A stretch of 57,695 nt of DNA from an uncultured virus (IMG/VR IMGVR_UViG_3300013110_000368) (IMGVR_UViG_3300013110_000368); one strand, 5' to 3'. Positions 17,428 to 26,727 are shown, counted from the stretch's first letter. Notes: a model not told the origin generated them from the letters alone. Program-made: numbers and translations.

Positions 17428-19475
17428 TATTTATCCTCTTTGAACCCATTATCCCAAATATAATTTTGAGGATAACTCTCAGCTGCAATTCCACCCTTAT
17501 CTGGTCTGACCTGCATTTTTTTGTACAATATCTTACCCGAATCACCTTCTGCATGGTACTCATAGAAAATGTACATATAAGTGGCCAAATAAGTACCACC
17601 ACCCTGAATACTAGGTTCTGCCGTAAAACCCCCCAATGGTTGATTCTTGGATTGAATTTCCTCTATACCCTTTGTGTTGAGATTGGCACGCTTGACTACC
17701 TCATATTCTGTAGAGATTTTCTTCGTCCAATTGACACCGTAAACCTTTATTATTGGCATCTCACTATCACCCATACTAATATCAAACGATAAACTATTGA
17801 ATATCCTAATAGTATCAACAAATGCATTCTTACTTTTAACTATATCTTTAGCAATTCTCCCAAAAATATCCATTGCAATTACATTTACTGGCACATTGAG
17901 CAAAATAGTTTGACTATATTTCAAATTTTTTATGTTGGAAATAAGTTTACTAACACCTGTTGCTGATTCTCCAATGAACAATTCAGTAGTATTCTTATCC
18001 AATGCTACAGAATATTTTTTCAAGTGAGAAATGGCCCTATCCTTCCACTCTGCCCACCGTTTAGAATTTCCACTCAATGATTTATCCCAATCCAATTGCT
18101 GTTTTCTGAGTGCTTCCGTCATAAGACCTTTGTTCAAATCCCTATTCAATTTGTCCAAAGATCTATTCATAAATGATGGTGATGTCAATTTATCAACCAA
18201 TGACCAAACTGCTTTCTTCACCTTTGAAAATAGTTTGGATAAAACTGACTGAACGAAATTGATACCTTTCTTCAGATACCCCTTTATGGTATCAAATTTT
18301 ATAAATTCCACCAACAAAGAATCATTTATATCTACCAATTGAGATTCGGTTCTAACAGGTTGTACTTTTGGTTCCTTCCCACTGAAAAAGAAATCCTCAA
18401 TTTCATAACGATCTTCCTTATCATAATACCCCAATCCCGTCAATGCAACTATAGATTTTCCACCCTGTGCGCCACTTTTACTCAATTTCAACGATAACTG
18501 AAGAATTTTACATTTTTCTTTATCACCTTCCATTAAAGAAATGACACCATTATCATCGGTTGTCATGGTATAGTTTTCTGGATTTCCCTTTATGGATGCC
18601 CATGTTGCACCAGTGAATGTAACCACATCAGCAGTGTTTTCTTTCTTTTTGCCAATCGTTTTCTTATCAACTGCACCACCAACATCCCTAAACCAATTAA
18701 ATTTATAGTCAGTATCAATTTTATCCCACAGAATATCGGTAACTGGAAACACCGAACTGTATTTCTGTCTAAATCCCAACGCACTTTGCAATATCCCCAT
18801 GATAGAGTTTAGATACCATATTGCCAATTCTCGACGATAAGTGTATGTAACTAGCCCTAATGTAGATATGGCATCATTCATATCCCCGAAAAAATCATCT
18901 ATGGCGTTCCCATCTAATATAGCATTTTGTTCATCTATTACAAATTCACCTTGCTTAACCCATTTTTCCAATTTGGAAGTGTTAGAAACACCCAAACCAA
19001 CAGCAACAGTAACCTCATATAATTCAGTAGATTCTGCTGGAGAAAGTTTGTGTGCTTCTATTTCTTGTTCTTTTCCATCTTTCCAACGATAGACATTTGC
19101 TTTCTTTTGGATTTTGGACTTATTAAATGCATTTTGTATAGCACCAGTAGTAGAACTGATTTGAAAGAACACAGAACCAGATGAAATTTCAGTTCTGAGA
19201 TAACATGTGACATCCGCATCACCAACAACAATAGCATGGTTTATCGTATCAGGAACATTTCCCAAAACGAAAAACAGACTATTTTTATCCAAAGAAGATT
19301 CCAACTCCATTATTTTTTGGACAATTTTTGCAGATGAACCAGATGATTTAGGTCTGAGTGTCACTGGTATTTGGTCTGCTACATAATATCCAGAATCCAC
19401 AATACTTGCTTCCCATAAAGCATCAGCAAAGTTTTGAATCGTCCTATCATACATGTGTTCTTTAAATCTAAGCAT
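17427..19475 (-). CDS. Large putative internal virion protein, possible PD-(D/E)xK nuclease-like domain
   Basis: MLRFKEH N-terminus; TELYE...KENTADVV...LQLSLK; late promoter upstream. Confidence 0.7.
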   Translation of the reverse strand: MLRFKEHMYDRTIQNFADALWEASIVDSGYYVADQIPVTLRPKSSGSSAKIVQKIMELESSLDKNSLFFVLGNVPDTINHAIVVGDADVTCYLRTEISSGSVFFQISSTTGAIQNAFNKSKIQKKANVYRWKDGKEQEIEAHKLSPAESTELYEVTVAVGLGVSNTSKLEKWVKQGEFVIDEQNAILDGNAIDDFFGDMNDAISTLGLVTYTYRRELAIWYLNSIMGILQSALGFRQKYSSVFPVTDILWDKIDTDYKFNWFRDVGGAVDKKTIGKKKENTADVVTFTGATWASIKGNPENYTMTTDDNGVISLMEGDKEKCKILQLSLKLSKSGAQGGKSIVALTGLGYYDKEDRYEIEDFFFSGKEPKVQPVRTESQLVDINDSLLVEFIKFDTIKGYLKKGINFVQSVLSKLFSKVKKAVWSLVDKLTSPSFMNRSLDKLNRDLNKGLMTEALRKQQLDWDKSLSGNSKRWAEWKDRAISHLKKYSVALDKNTTELFIGESATGVSKLISNIKNLKYSQTILLNVPVNVIAMDIFGRIAKDIVKSKNAFVDTIRIFNSLSFDISMGDSEMPIIKVYGVNWTKKISTEYEVVKRANLNTKGIEEIQSKNQPLGGFTAEPSIQGGGTYLATYMYIFYEYHAEGDSGKILYKKMQVRPDKGGIAAESYPQNYIWDNGFKEDK

Positions 19476-19508
19476 AAACTCTACCCGTCTAATTTAGTTC
19501 TCTAATGG

Positions 19509-19516
19509 TATTTATA
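19509..19516 (-). promoter_or_regulatory. T4-type late promoter (TATAAATA)
   Basis: Exact consensus 34 nt upstream of the 682-aa ORF. Confidence 0.75.
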
Positions 19517-19528
19517 AACCTAACAGTT

Positions 19529-19606
19529 TTACCATAACGAACCGACTGCCATCAAACCAACTACCGAAATCACTACTGCTATTGCCACACTAATTATCCA
19601 CTTCAT
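19529..19606 (-). CDS. 25-aa single-TM peptide
   Basis: MKWIISVAIAVVISVVGLMAVGSLW; ATGA overlap and GGAGA Shine-Dalgarno. Confidence 0.5.
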   Translation of the reverse strand: MKWIISVAIAVVISVVGLMAVGSLW

Positions 19607-19971
19607 TTTTTATTCTCCCCCAAATTGTCTGGTTTATTTGGATTATAGATTGTAAACGTATCATCATCATAGTCGATCTTTGCCCCTTCCACTACTGCTA
19701 AAGTACTGTCATCAATGACCATCTCGAACTGGCCCAAACTGTAAAAATTATCGTACAGGTGTTGAATGCTGTCTTTTCTTTCGTCTAATCCTAGACCTAT
19801 TTTGTAATCGGTTTCCGTTTGGCCTTGATGTACTAGTCTTAGGAGTGTGTCTCTTGGAATCCATCTCTTTTGATTTATAGTGTTCTCTACTTGCCTGATT
19901 GCGGATTGGGTGATTTCCACTAACATTTCGTTTTCGGATGGGATGACTACGGACTGTACGATTTCTGGCAT
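19603..19971 (-). CDS. Degenerate, Cys-less HesB/IscA-fold protein
   Basis: VEITQSAI...LLRL...YKIGL...MVIDDST..VEGAKIDY...FTIYNPN parallels IscA; GGAGA Shine-Dalgarno before ATG 19971. Confidence 0.6.
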   Translation of the reverse strand: MPEIVQSVVIPSENEMLVEITQSAIRQVENTINQKRWIPRDTLLRLVHQGQTETDYKIGLGLDERKDSIQHLYDNFYSLGQFEMVIDDSTLAVVEGAKIDYDDDTFTIYNPNKPDNLGENKK

Positions 19972-20194
19972 TGATATATCTCCGTTGGGGGTTTCGGACA
20001 ATAATTGGACGACTATAGTTATAGTCGTAATAATAACTTCTACCATACACTGGTATTCTGTACGCATGTACAGGTGGTGGTGGATAAATCCTGATTGTCG
20101 AATCTATAGGTTCGTATTGATAAGTTTCAATAATGCAACCTGTTACCTGTGTGAGCAAAAACAAAATAATTGAAATTCCAATTAGTTTTTTCAT
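19748..20194 (-). CDS. Putative lipoprotein with Pro/Tyr-rich and Arg-rich tail
   Basis: MKKLIGISIILFLLTQVTG-C lipobox; ATGA overlap with the SET gene. Confidence 0.6.
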   Translation of the reverse strand: MKKLIGISIILFLLTQVTGCIIETYQYEPIDSTIRIYPPPPVHAYRIPVYGRSYYYDYNYSRPIIVRNPQRRYINARNRTVRSHPIRKRNVSGNHPIRNQASREHYKSKEMDSKRHTPKTSTSRPNGNRLQNRSRIRRKKRQHSTPVR

Positions 20195-20502
20195 GTTTGA
20201 CCTACCTCGTATAAAGTGTATTTACAGGTGATTTCTTCACCCTTTTTGATGTCCTTAGATGTAACCAAACGTTTCCAAATACCACTATCTACTAACGTGC
20301 AATTTGGTGTGTCACTGTGGTTATAAAACCCCCCCAACGGTGTCCTACAGTACCCCTGTGGAAAACTAAGCCACTCTACCATTCTGACATGTGCTATACC
20401 CAAATCAGTTTTTTCTGGTATATCACAAGTTGCAAATATACCCAAACCATGTATTGACGAATCCTTGATTGTCAAAGAATCAGGTAATGGTTTGTACTTC
20501 AT
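20191..20502 (-). CDS. SET-domain protein (lysine methyltransferase-like)
   Basis: IHGLGIFA; FYNHSDTPNC; DIKKGEEITCKY. Confidence 0.9.
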   Translation of the reverse strand: MKYKPLPDSLTIKDSSIHGLGIFATCDIPEKTDLGIAHVRMVEWLSFPQGYCRTPLGGFYNHSDTPNCTLVDSGIWKRLVTSKDIKKGEEITCKYTLYEVGQT

Positions 20503-21902
20503 ACTACCCCTTCAAATCTACTTGAGACATCTCTTGCCCCAATCGACCCACTAAAGAAATTATTGTCATCATCATCGTCATTCGGTGAATCAAACAGATC
20601 ATCCTGTGCCGAATCTTCGGCATCAAATACTCGCATTTTATCCCTATCTACCCCAACCACAAATCTTCGATACTTGGTTGGATCGTTATAACGATTTTTT
20701 AGTTGCTTGACCAATAATTGACCAAGTTCTTCCATTTCTTCATTGCTAATCAATGCCACCATAAAATCAGCAGTTGCTGGCAATCCAAAACTTTCAGCCG
20801 TATCAGTCAAATCCACATCAGAATTGGTAAAACCTGTCCGATTAGTCTGTGTTGCCGTTACAACTGGTATATTGTTCTCTACTGCCAACCCACGCAATTC
20901 CTCTGCAATTGACTTGACCAATGTATAAGAATTGGTATTGGCATTAGGTTTTACCCGACTCGACGAACAGATATTCAAGTAGTCGATGTAAATGATGTCT
21001 GGTCTAAAACTCTTTTTGAGATTCAGTTCATTCAACAGATGTCGAAAATGCCCCACATGTGCTACTGCCGTTGGGTATTCTTTGACAATCAACTTTCCAA
21101 CTGTCTTATTCCGTATGCTGTCGATATGACTAAGATATTTATCCCGTTTCAAGGTTGATAATTGCACCACTTCAACATCCAATAAATTGGCATCTATTCT
21201 TTCGGCAATCCGTTCTTCTGCCATCTCCAATGTGATATACAGTACATTCAAACCAGCATTCAAGTTTGCCCCTGCACAATGGCACATAAACAAACTCTTA
21301 CCCACACCAGTTCCAGCCATAATTACGTTCAATGACTTTTTAGGTAGACCACCTTTAGTGATTTTATTCATCAAATCCAGATCAAACGGAATCCGTTCCT
21401 CTACTTTGTGATAGTACTCAAACCGTTCCTCTGAATCCTCGATGTAATCATGACCAACATTAGGATCAAAACTAACTGACAGTGCATCACTCAACATTTT
21501 GGGTATCTCCCCCGTACCCGTTGTAGTTTTCTTATTGTCATCAATAATCTCAATCGACCCCATGATAGCATTGTATAATGCCTTATCCTGACAGAACTTT
21601 TCGGTTTCTGCCAACAACCACTCGATGTCAACTGGATTATCCTTACCCCCTTCCATCATTTTAACTGAATCTATCAAGTCTTTATACTGGTCTTCAGATA
21701 CCGTACCCAATGCCCCTAGAGAAATTTCTAAGGTTTCTCTAGTGGGGCAATTGTTGTAAGTGGCAACGTGTTTTGCCACTTCTTCAAATAACACTTTCTC
21801 ACTGAAATCATGAAAATACTTGTTATCCAAAAATGGCAAAACTTTTCTAGTGTATTCTTCATTATATATCAGATTCCGCAGAATCGTTTCTTCAATTCTC
21901 AA
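20499..21902 (-). CDS. gp41: Replicative helicase (T4 gp41-like)
   Basis: AGTGVGKS; ITLEMAEE; IDYLNI; TATQTNR; ESFGLPATAD; QLKNRY. Confidence 0.96.
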   Translation of the reverse strand: MRIEETILRNLIYNEEYTRKVLPFLDNKYFHDFSEKVLFEEVAKHVATYNNCPTRETLEISLGALGTVSEDQYKDLIDSVKMMEGGKDNPVDIEWLLAETEKFCQDKALYNAIMGSIEIIDDNKKTTTGTGEIPKMLSDALSVSFDPNVGHDYIEDSEERFEYYHKVEERIPFDLDLMNKITKGGLPKKSLNVIMAGTGVGKSLFMCHCAGANLNAGLNVLYITLEMAEERIAERIDANLLDVEVVQLSTLKRDKYLSHIDSIRNKTVGKLIVKEYPTAVAHVGHFRHLLNELNLKKSFRPDIIYIDYLNICSSSRVKPNANTNSYTLVKSIAEELRGLAVENNIPVVTATQTNRTGFTNSDVDLTDTAESFGLPATADFMVALISNEEMEELGQLLVKQLKNRYNDPTKYRRFVVGVDRDKMRVFDAEDSAQDDLFDSPNDDDDDNNFFSGSIGARDVSSRFEGVV

Positions 21903-22061
21903 TTATTTCTCCTCTTTTTTTGGAATATATCTCTGTTGTTGTAATGACCTTGCCATATCTGAATAAGTACTCAACCTTCTACACAAATAATCCCAACGTC
22001 TTTTCCAAAATTCATATGGATGGTCATCAAATTGCCGACACCATTCCTTTTTTTCTTTCAA
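21903..22061 (-). CDS. Hypothetical protein
   Basis: AAGGAG Shine-Dalgarno before an in-frame TTG at 22061; the track start at 22163 is the alternative. Confidence 0.45.
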   Translation of the reverse strand: MKEKKEWCRQFDDHPYEFWKRRWDYLCRRLSTYSDMARSLQQQRYIPKKEEK

Positions 22062-22189
22062 TATCTCCTTAATTGTATGCATCTTGTGTCTAGGTCTAAT
22101 GTAATCCAAAATACTTGCCCCAAATGCGATAAAGGATGCAAGTTTATAAAATGCCGACCCCATTTTTCCGTTCTAATACGAACGTTCAT
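22058..22189 (-). CDS. 43-aa hypothetical protein
   Basis: GGAGA Shine-Dalgarno then MNVRIRTEKWGRHF...; its stop overlaps the TTG start of the next ORF. Confidence 0.4.
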   Translation of the reverse strand: MNVRIRTEKWGRHFINLHPLSHLGQVFWITLDLDTRCIQLRRY

Positions 22190-22256
22190 TGGTTTTCTCC
22201 AACTGCTAACAATCTAGTAAAAATGTACCATTAGACTACTCTAGGTACAAAACTTC

Positions 22257-23369
22257 CTACTCAACATCAGTATCAATCATACTCAAAGATTCTGACAAAT
22301 CTTTTTTTTCTTCACCATCAACCACTTCTAATTCCGAATCAACAGGTATCATTCCCCCATACTGAAATTCCTGATTGGCATATTTTTCAATTCTCTCCAT
22401 AATATCTGTGGTGAAATATTCCTTCGGATTTCCATATATCTTAGATGCATAATGCTTGCTTGCATCAGGCAACTCAATCCGATTAGACAATTTCTTGAAT
22501 ATACCAGCATCAACTGCCATATCAATCAACCCATAATACCGATCCAAACCCTTATCATAGGTCAACAACACCTCAACCTTTTTATTTTCCTTTGACAAAC
22601 GACTTTTTTCCATCTTGACCGTTATAATATTTCCTACTATCTCTTTATCACTATCCCTCTCTTTTCGTTTAGATAGCATAGCAATAGTAGATGCCGAATA
22701 TTTCAGACCAGACCCACCCGACATTTCCTTTGTTGGGTAATATGCACCAACCACATCATAGACATGATTGCAAACCAATAAAGGTACATTTGCCTTTGCC
22801 AATTTCAGATTCAATACCCGAAATGTTGCTTTTAGGATCTGTGCCTTTGTCATATCTCTGGTTTCATCACCCTTAGCCGTATCCTCAATTTCCTTCGTTG
22901 AGGATAATTGCCCAAGACTATCCAATATCATCATCATTGGTCTACGTTCTTCTTTATCCTGACTTATCTGAAAATCAATAGTTTGTAATGCCGTATGCCT
23001 AAACTTCTGTATGGTATCGGGTTCTGATTTTATAACCCGTCTGGTATCAATACCCCTACTTTGCATCATCTCATTTGTAACTGCACTTTCTGTATCAAAA
23101 TATACCACACTACCTTCTGGATTATTCTTCAAAAACTGACTAACTACCCCCAAGACGAAAAACGTCTTACCTGTTGCCGTTTCCCCTGCAAATACAGTCA
23201 CCTTGTTATTAGGCACACCACCATAAATACTACCTGACATTACAGCATTCAGAACATACGATCCAGTATCTACTGTACCAGAAAATTCGGCAGATGATTT
23301 CTCATCGGAAGCAATAGTAGTATGCTCATCTCCTAGTGTTTTTACAAGATCACTTAAAAAATCATTCAT
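22257..23369 (-). CDS. uvsX: UvsX RecA-like recombinase
   Basis: DTGSY.LN; GETATGKT; FDTE; LDSLG; DMTKA; SGGSGLKY. Confidence 0.95.
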   Translation of the reverse strand: MNDFLSDLVKTLGDEHTTIASDEKSSAEFSGTVDTGSYVLNAVMSGSIYGGVPNNKVTVFAGETATGKTFFVLGVVSQFLKNNPEGSVVYFDTESAVTNEMMQSRGIDTRRVIKSEPDTIQKFRHTALQTIDFQISQDKEERRPMMMILDSLGQLSSTKEIEDTAKGDETRDMTKAQILKATFRVLNLKLAKANVPLLVCNHVYDVVGAYYPTKEMSGGSGLKYSASTIAMLSKRKERDSDKEIVGNIITVKMEKSRLSKENKKVEVLLTYDKGLDRYYGLIDMAVDAGIFKKLSNRIELPDASKHYASKIYGNPKEYFTTDIMERIEKYANQEFQYGGMIPVDSELEVVDGEEKKDLSESLSMIDTDVE

Positions 23370-23646
23370 CCGTTTCGACCTCTATTTTTATGAAATTATC
23401 TTTGATACATGATGGACATTTAAATTTCCGTTCCATCACTTCTTCTGGTTCTCTAACTTTTTGTAAGATCCTATCCCATCTCGGAAACCTGACATTTAGA
23501 AACATGCTACAATCTTGACAGAAAAATCTGTGCAGTTTTCCACCACCCAAATATGACCCCCACATGGCAGGGGCAACCCCATCATGAGAGGAATCATCAG
23601 GTATTTCAAACTCCCTTACGTGAACAAACTTTTCAGCCAACCCCAA
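23362..23646 (-). CDS. Small Zn-ribbon protein
   Basis: CQDC...CPSC. Confidence 0.6.
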   Translation of the reverse strand: MGLAEKFVHVREFEIPDDSSHDGVAPAMWGSYLGGGKLHRFFCQDCSMFLNVRFPRWDRILQKVREPEEVMERKFKCPSCIKDNFIKIEVETDE

Positions 23647-24146
23647 AATCCTTTTGGTTTTTCAACAATCACCTCTTGTGATGCTACATTTTCCTTTGAC
23701 TTTTCTCTCAAATTCTCAAGTACCTGTTCCCTTTTTGACCATTCATCTTCTGTTTCCTTTGGGAAAAATTTGGAATGCGGAGGATCATCAGGTGCATCCT
23801 CATCTTTATATTCATCAAAAGATTCTTCATCTAAATCAGATTCGGTCAAAACTAGTTCATCAGATTCTTCTTCAACATCTGGTACTAGAAGTTCATCAAC
23901 TTCTTCACTATCTGTGAATTCCCATTCATCTTCTTCGATTACGGTTTCTTCTTTTTTCCTCTCTTGCAATTCATTTTCCAATTTAATGGCAACCTGTGCA
24001 ACAGTGTGCTTATGTCTAATATCGGAAACACGATCATCATCTAAACCACTCAAATGACTTTTTACCTCAATACCATACCCTTTGATTTCCTCTATCAATT
24101 TTGACGAACTAATACCAAATTCTTTTGCTAATTCATGTACTCTCAT
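23616..24146 (-). CDS. Protein with translation initiation factor IF2 N-terminal-like domain, acidic linker and amphipathic C-terminal helix
   Basis: MRVHELAKEFGISSSKLIEEIKGYGIEVKSHLSGLDDD; C-terminus KPKGFWGWLKSLFT. Confidence 0.8.
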   Translation of the reverse strand: MRVHELAKEFGISSSKLIEEIKGYGIEVKSHLSGLDDDRVSDIRHKHTVAQVAIKLENELQERKKEETVIEEDEWEFTDSEEVDELLVPDVEEESDELVLTESDLDEESFDEYKDEDAPDDPPHSKFFPKETEDEWSKREQVLENLREKSKENVASQEVIVEKPKGFWGWLKSLFT

Positions 24147-24154
24147 GTTTCACC

Positions 24155-26629
24155 TCATACGAAAAATGATTCTAAACTTGCCTGTTTCTCATAATGCCAA
24201 CCAACGACATTCAAGACGTTTCTTAGTGGATCTAAGTATGCCTTTTCAAATTGCATACCATAGTCTATATATTTATCTAAACCGAATTCACTAGGTAGGT
24301 TATTGATGAAAGCAATCACCCTATCAGTCGTCGGATTAGGTTCCTTTAGGTAGACATATTTTATTTTTTCGTTGTTCTTGATAATTGGATATGTCCGATC
24401 CAATTTGTGTTCTTTGACCAACGAATTGTAAATGATGGTTCCTTTGACGTGAAATGGTGTACCCTTTGTGTATAGATCTACACTGCTAGAATACTTGTCA
24501 ATTCCCTTTACTGTTCTCGGAAATGAAACTTCTGACACTGGCATCTCCATGAATTCCTCACGAAATTCCTTAACGTATTCAATCAGTTCATCCTCTGTAC
24601 TATCCATAATGATACTCAGTGAATCCATAATACGTTGCCTACAGGATGCTGGTGTTGAACTTCTTACGGCCTCAATTCCCATGATTTTGATCTTAGGTTT
24701 CTCATTTCTGACCCCTTCGTTATCCCACACATTCAGTACATACCGTTTTTTGGCAGTCCAGATACCTCTATCAGCAATAACCTCACGTTTCATCACCATT
24801 CTCTGCTGATATGCATTCATGTAGTCTGCCAATTTCTGATAACTCTTTTCGATAAATGGTTCAATTAGGTCTATGCAAACCCTATCCAATGCACTGACAA
24901 TTTTTTGCTTATCGGTCATATTCTGAAAATGGGTTTTGACTATAGCATCCAATGTCAAATATACACTATCTGTATCACTGGCAATCACATAATCCACATC
25001 ATCAGCTCTCAACAGAGAATTTAGATACTCGTTCAATTCTCGTTCAATCCACCGAATTGCCAATTGTCCAGACTTGGTGATTGCTTCTGCTTGCCTGACA
25101 TCAAAATATCTAAAATATTCATTACCCAAAGCACCATATGCACTATTTAGTGAAATCTTACGTGCCATCTGCCTAGTTTCATACTTGGCAACATTTTCTT
25201 TGTCACCCGATTTCAATGCATCCATCTGTAACTGCTTATACTTCACCCGATCATCATAAAACTGTTGCATCAACTCAGGTAGAAACCCCTGTGCTTCAGT
25301 ACTGAAATAATGCCCATTCCCAGCCATGGTTGCATTTGGCACATCTGGTAGTGGTAGTGTACCCTTGACTAACTCACTAACCTCAACAAAGAAACTTGGC
25401 AAATCTGTCCTCAAGGTTTCTGGTGAAATGTTGTACTGCATAATCAGATGTGGATACAGACTGTTCAAATCAAAGGATACTACCCAATCAGCAGATATAC
25501 CACCATCTTTGATCTCTTTGACATGACCACCTGTGAATTCTGGTTTGAATGGATTTTCCTTTCGTGGTGGCACAACGATATTCTTCTGCCTGAGATGGTT
25601 GTATATCACTGCATCCCAAAATCTGGTTTGAGCAAACACATCTTCGTAATTGATACCAGCATCATATGCCATCGTGACACACAACTCAATCAACCTCAAC
25701 TTATCCTCAAGTCTATCGACCAATTCAACGTCCTTGATATTGTACTCGATGAATTTCTGATAGTCCTGTTTGTAGAAATTGTGCATGGTATCGTGTTCTG
25801 CATATGACATCTTACGTTCACCCAATTCCACAAAGGCAATGTGATCCAGTTTATAACTCTCCTGACTGACATATGTATACTTTTTGTACAAGTCCAAATA
25901 ATCCAATTGCGAAAGACCAGCAATCATATAGACATATTCTTCACGGCCCATAATCTTGACTGTCCGTTCCTTCACTACATTCCAAACCGACATTTTTCTG
26001 GATGTACCATCACCCATCACCCGATCCATACGTCTAACCAAATATGGTATGTCATACAATTTGCTGTTCCAGCCCGTAACTATATCAGGTTGCAATGTAT
26101 TCCAAACTTCCAGAAATTTCTCAATCAACTCCATTTCAGTCGGACAACATATGTATTTGGTATTTTCATCAGCAACATCTACTGGTTCTCTACCCAAAAC
26201 ATATCGACCTTTGGTCAAACTATCCTTGATAGTTATGGCAATCAGTTCTTCCCGAACGTTCTCTACTGTCGGAAATCCTTGCTCTGATGCCACTTCTATA
26301 TCAATAGTGCAAATCCTGATCTTAGATAAATCGAAATCACACCCAAAAAATTTATCACCGATATACTGATGACTCCAATCGGTGTACCCATAGACGGAAA
26401 AATTTTCCACCCCTTTATATCTTTCCATGAAATTTCGACAATCACGAATAGATCCTGGCTGAACTTTTCCTACTGGTTCTCCATGTATGGTTCTGAATTT
26501 AGTTTTTTCTTTGGTGGGAATGAAAACGGTAGGTTTATATTCTTCGGAGTATCTAATACGTTCATCATTTTCAACACTTCGTACTCTGACATTATTTCCA
26601 ATCGTAAAAACATTTGTGTAATAGTTCAT
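24155..26629 (-). CDS. gp43: Family B DNA polymerase (T4 gp43-like)
   Basis: DIEV exonuclease motif; SFDLNSLYP; KISLNSAYG; SDTDS; KKRY. Confidence 0.98.
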   Translation of the reverse strand: MNYYTNVFTIGNNVRVRSVENDERIRYSEEYKPTVFIPTKEKTKFRTIHGEPVGKVQPGSIRDCRNFMERYKGVENFSVYGYTDWSHQYIGDKFFGCDFDLSKIRICTIDIEVASEQGFPTVENVREELIAITIKDSLTKGRYVLGREPVDVADENTKYICCPTEMELIEKFLEVWNTLQPDIVTGWNSKLYDIPYLVRRMDRVMGDGTSRKMSVWNVVKERTVKIMGREEYVYMIAGLSQLDYLDLYKKYTYVSQESYKLDHIAFVELGERKMSYAEHDTMHNFYKQDYQKFIEYNIKDVELVDRLEDKLRLIELCVTMAYDAGINYEDVFAQTRFWDAVIYNHLRQKNIVVPPRKENPFKPEFTGGHVKEIKDGGISADWVVSFDLNSLYPHLIMQYNISPETLRTDLPSFFVEVSELVKGTLPLPDVPNATMAGNGHYFSTEAQGFLPELMQQFYDDRVKYKQLQMDALKSGDKENVAKYETRQMARKISLNSAYGALGNEYFRYFDVRQAEAITKSGQLAIRWIERELNEYLNSLLRADDVDYVIASDTDSVYLTLDAIVKTHFQNMTDKQKIVSALDRVCIDLIEPFIEKSYQKLADYMNAYQQRMVMKREVIADRGIWTAKKRYVLNVWDNEGVRNEKPKIKIMGIEAVRSSTPASCRQRIMDSLSIIMDSTEDELIEYVKEFREEFMEMPVSEVSFPRTVKGIDKYSSSVDLYTKGTPFHVKGTIIYNSLVKEHKLDRTYPIIKNNEKIKYVYLKEPNPTTDRVIAFINNLPSEFGLDKYIDYGMQFEKAYLDPLRNVLNVVGWHYEKQASLESFFV

Positions 26630-26633
26630 GCCT

Positions 26634-26671
26634 ATATTATACCATAAAATCTTAGATTTGTCAAGCTAAAA
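26634..26671 (-). promoter_or_regulatory. Sigma70-type early promoter for DNA polymerase
   Basis: TTTTAGCTTGACA-17nt-TATAAT with TG extension. Confidence 0.85.
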
Positions 26672-26672
26672 T

Positions 26673-26703
26673 AAAAAAAGGGGTTGGAAATTTCCAACCC
26701 CTT
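26673..26703 (-). terminator. Rho-independent terminator after hsp20
   Basis: AAGGGGTTGGAAATTTCCAACCCCTTTTTTT on the minus strand. Confidence 0.9.
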
Positions 26704-26727
26704 CCCTATAACCACCCATTTGGGCTG

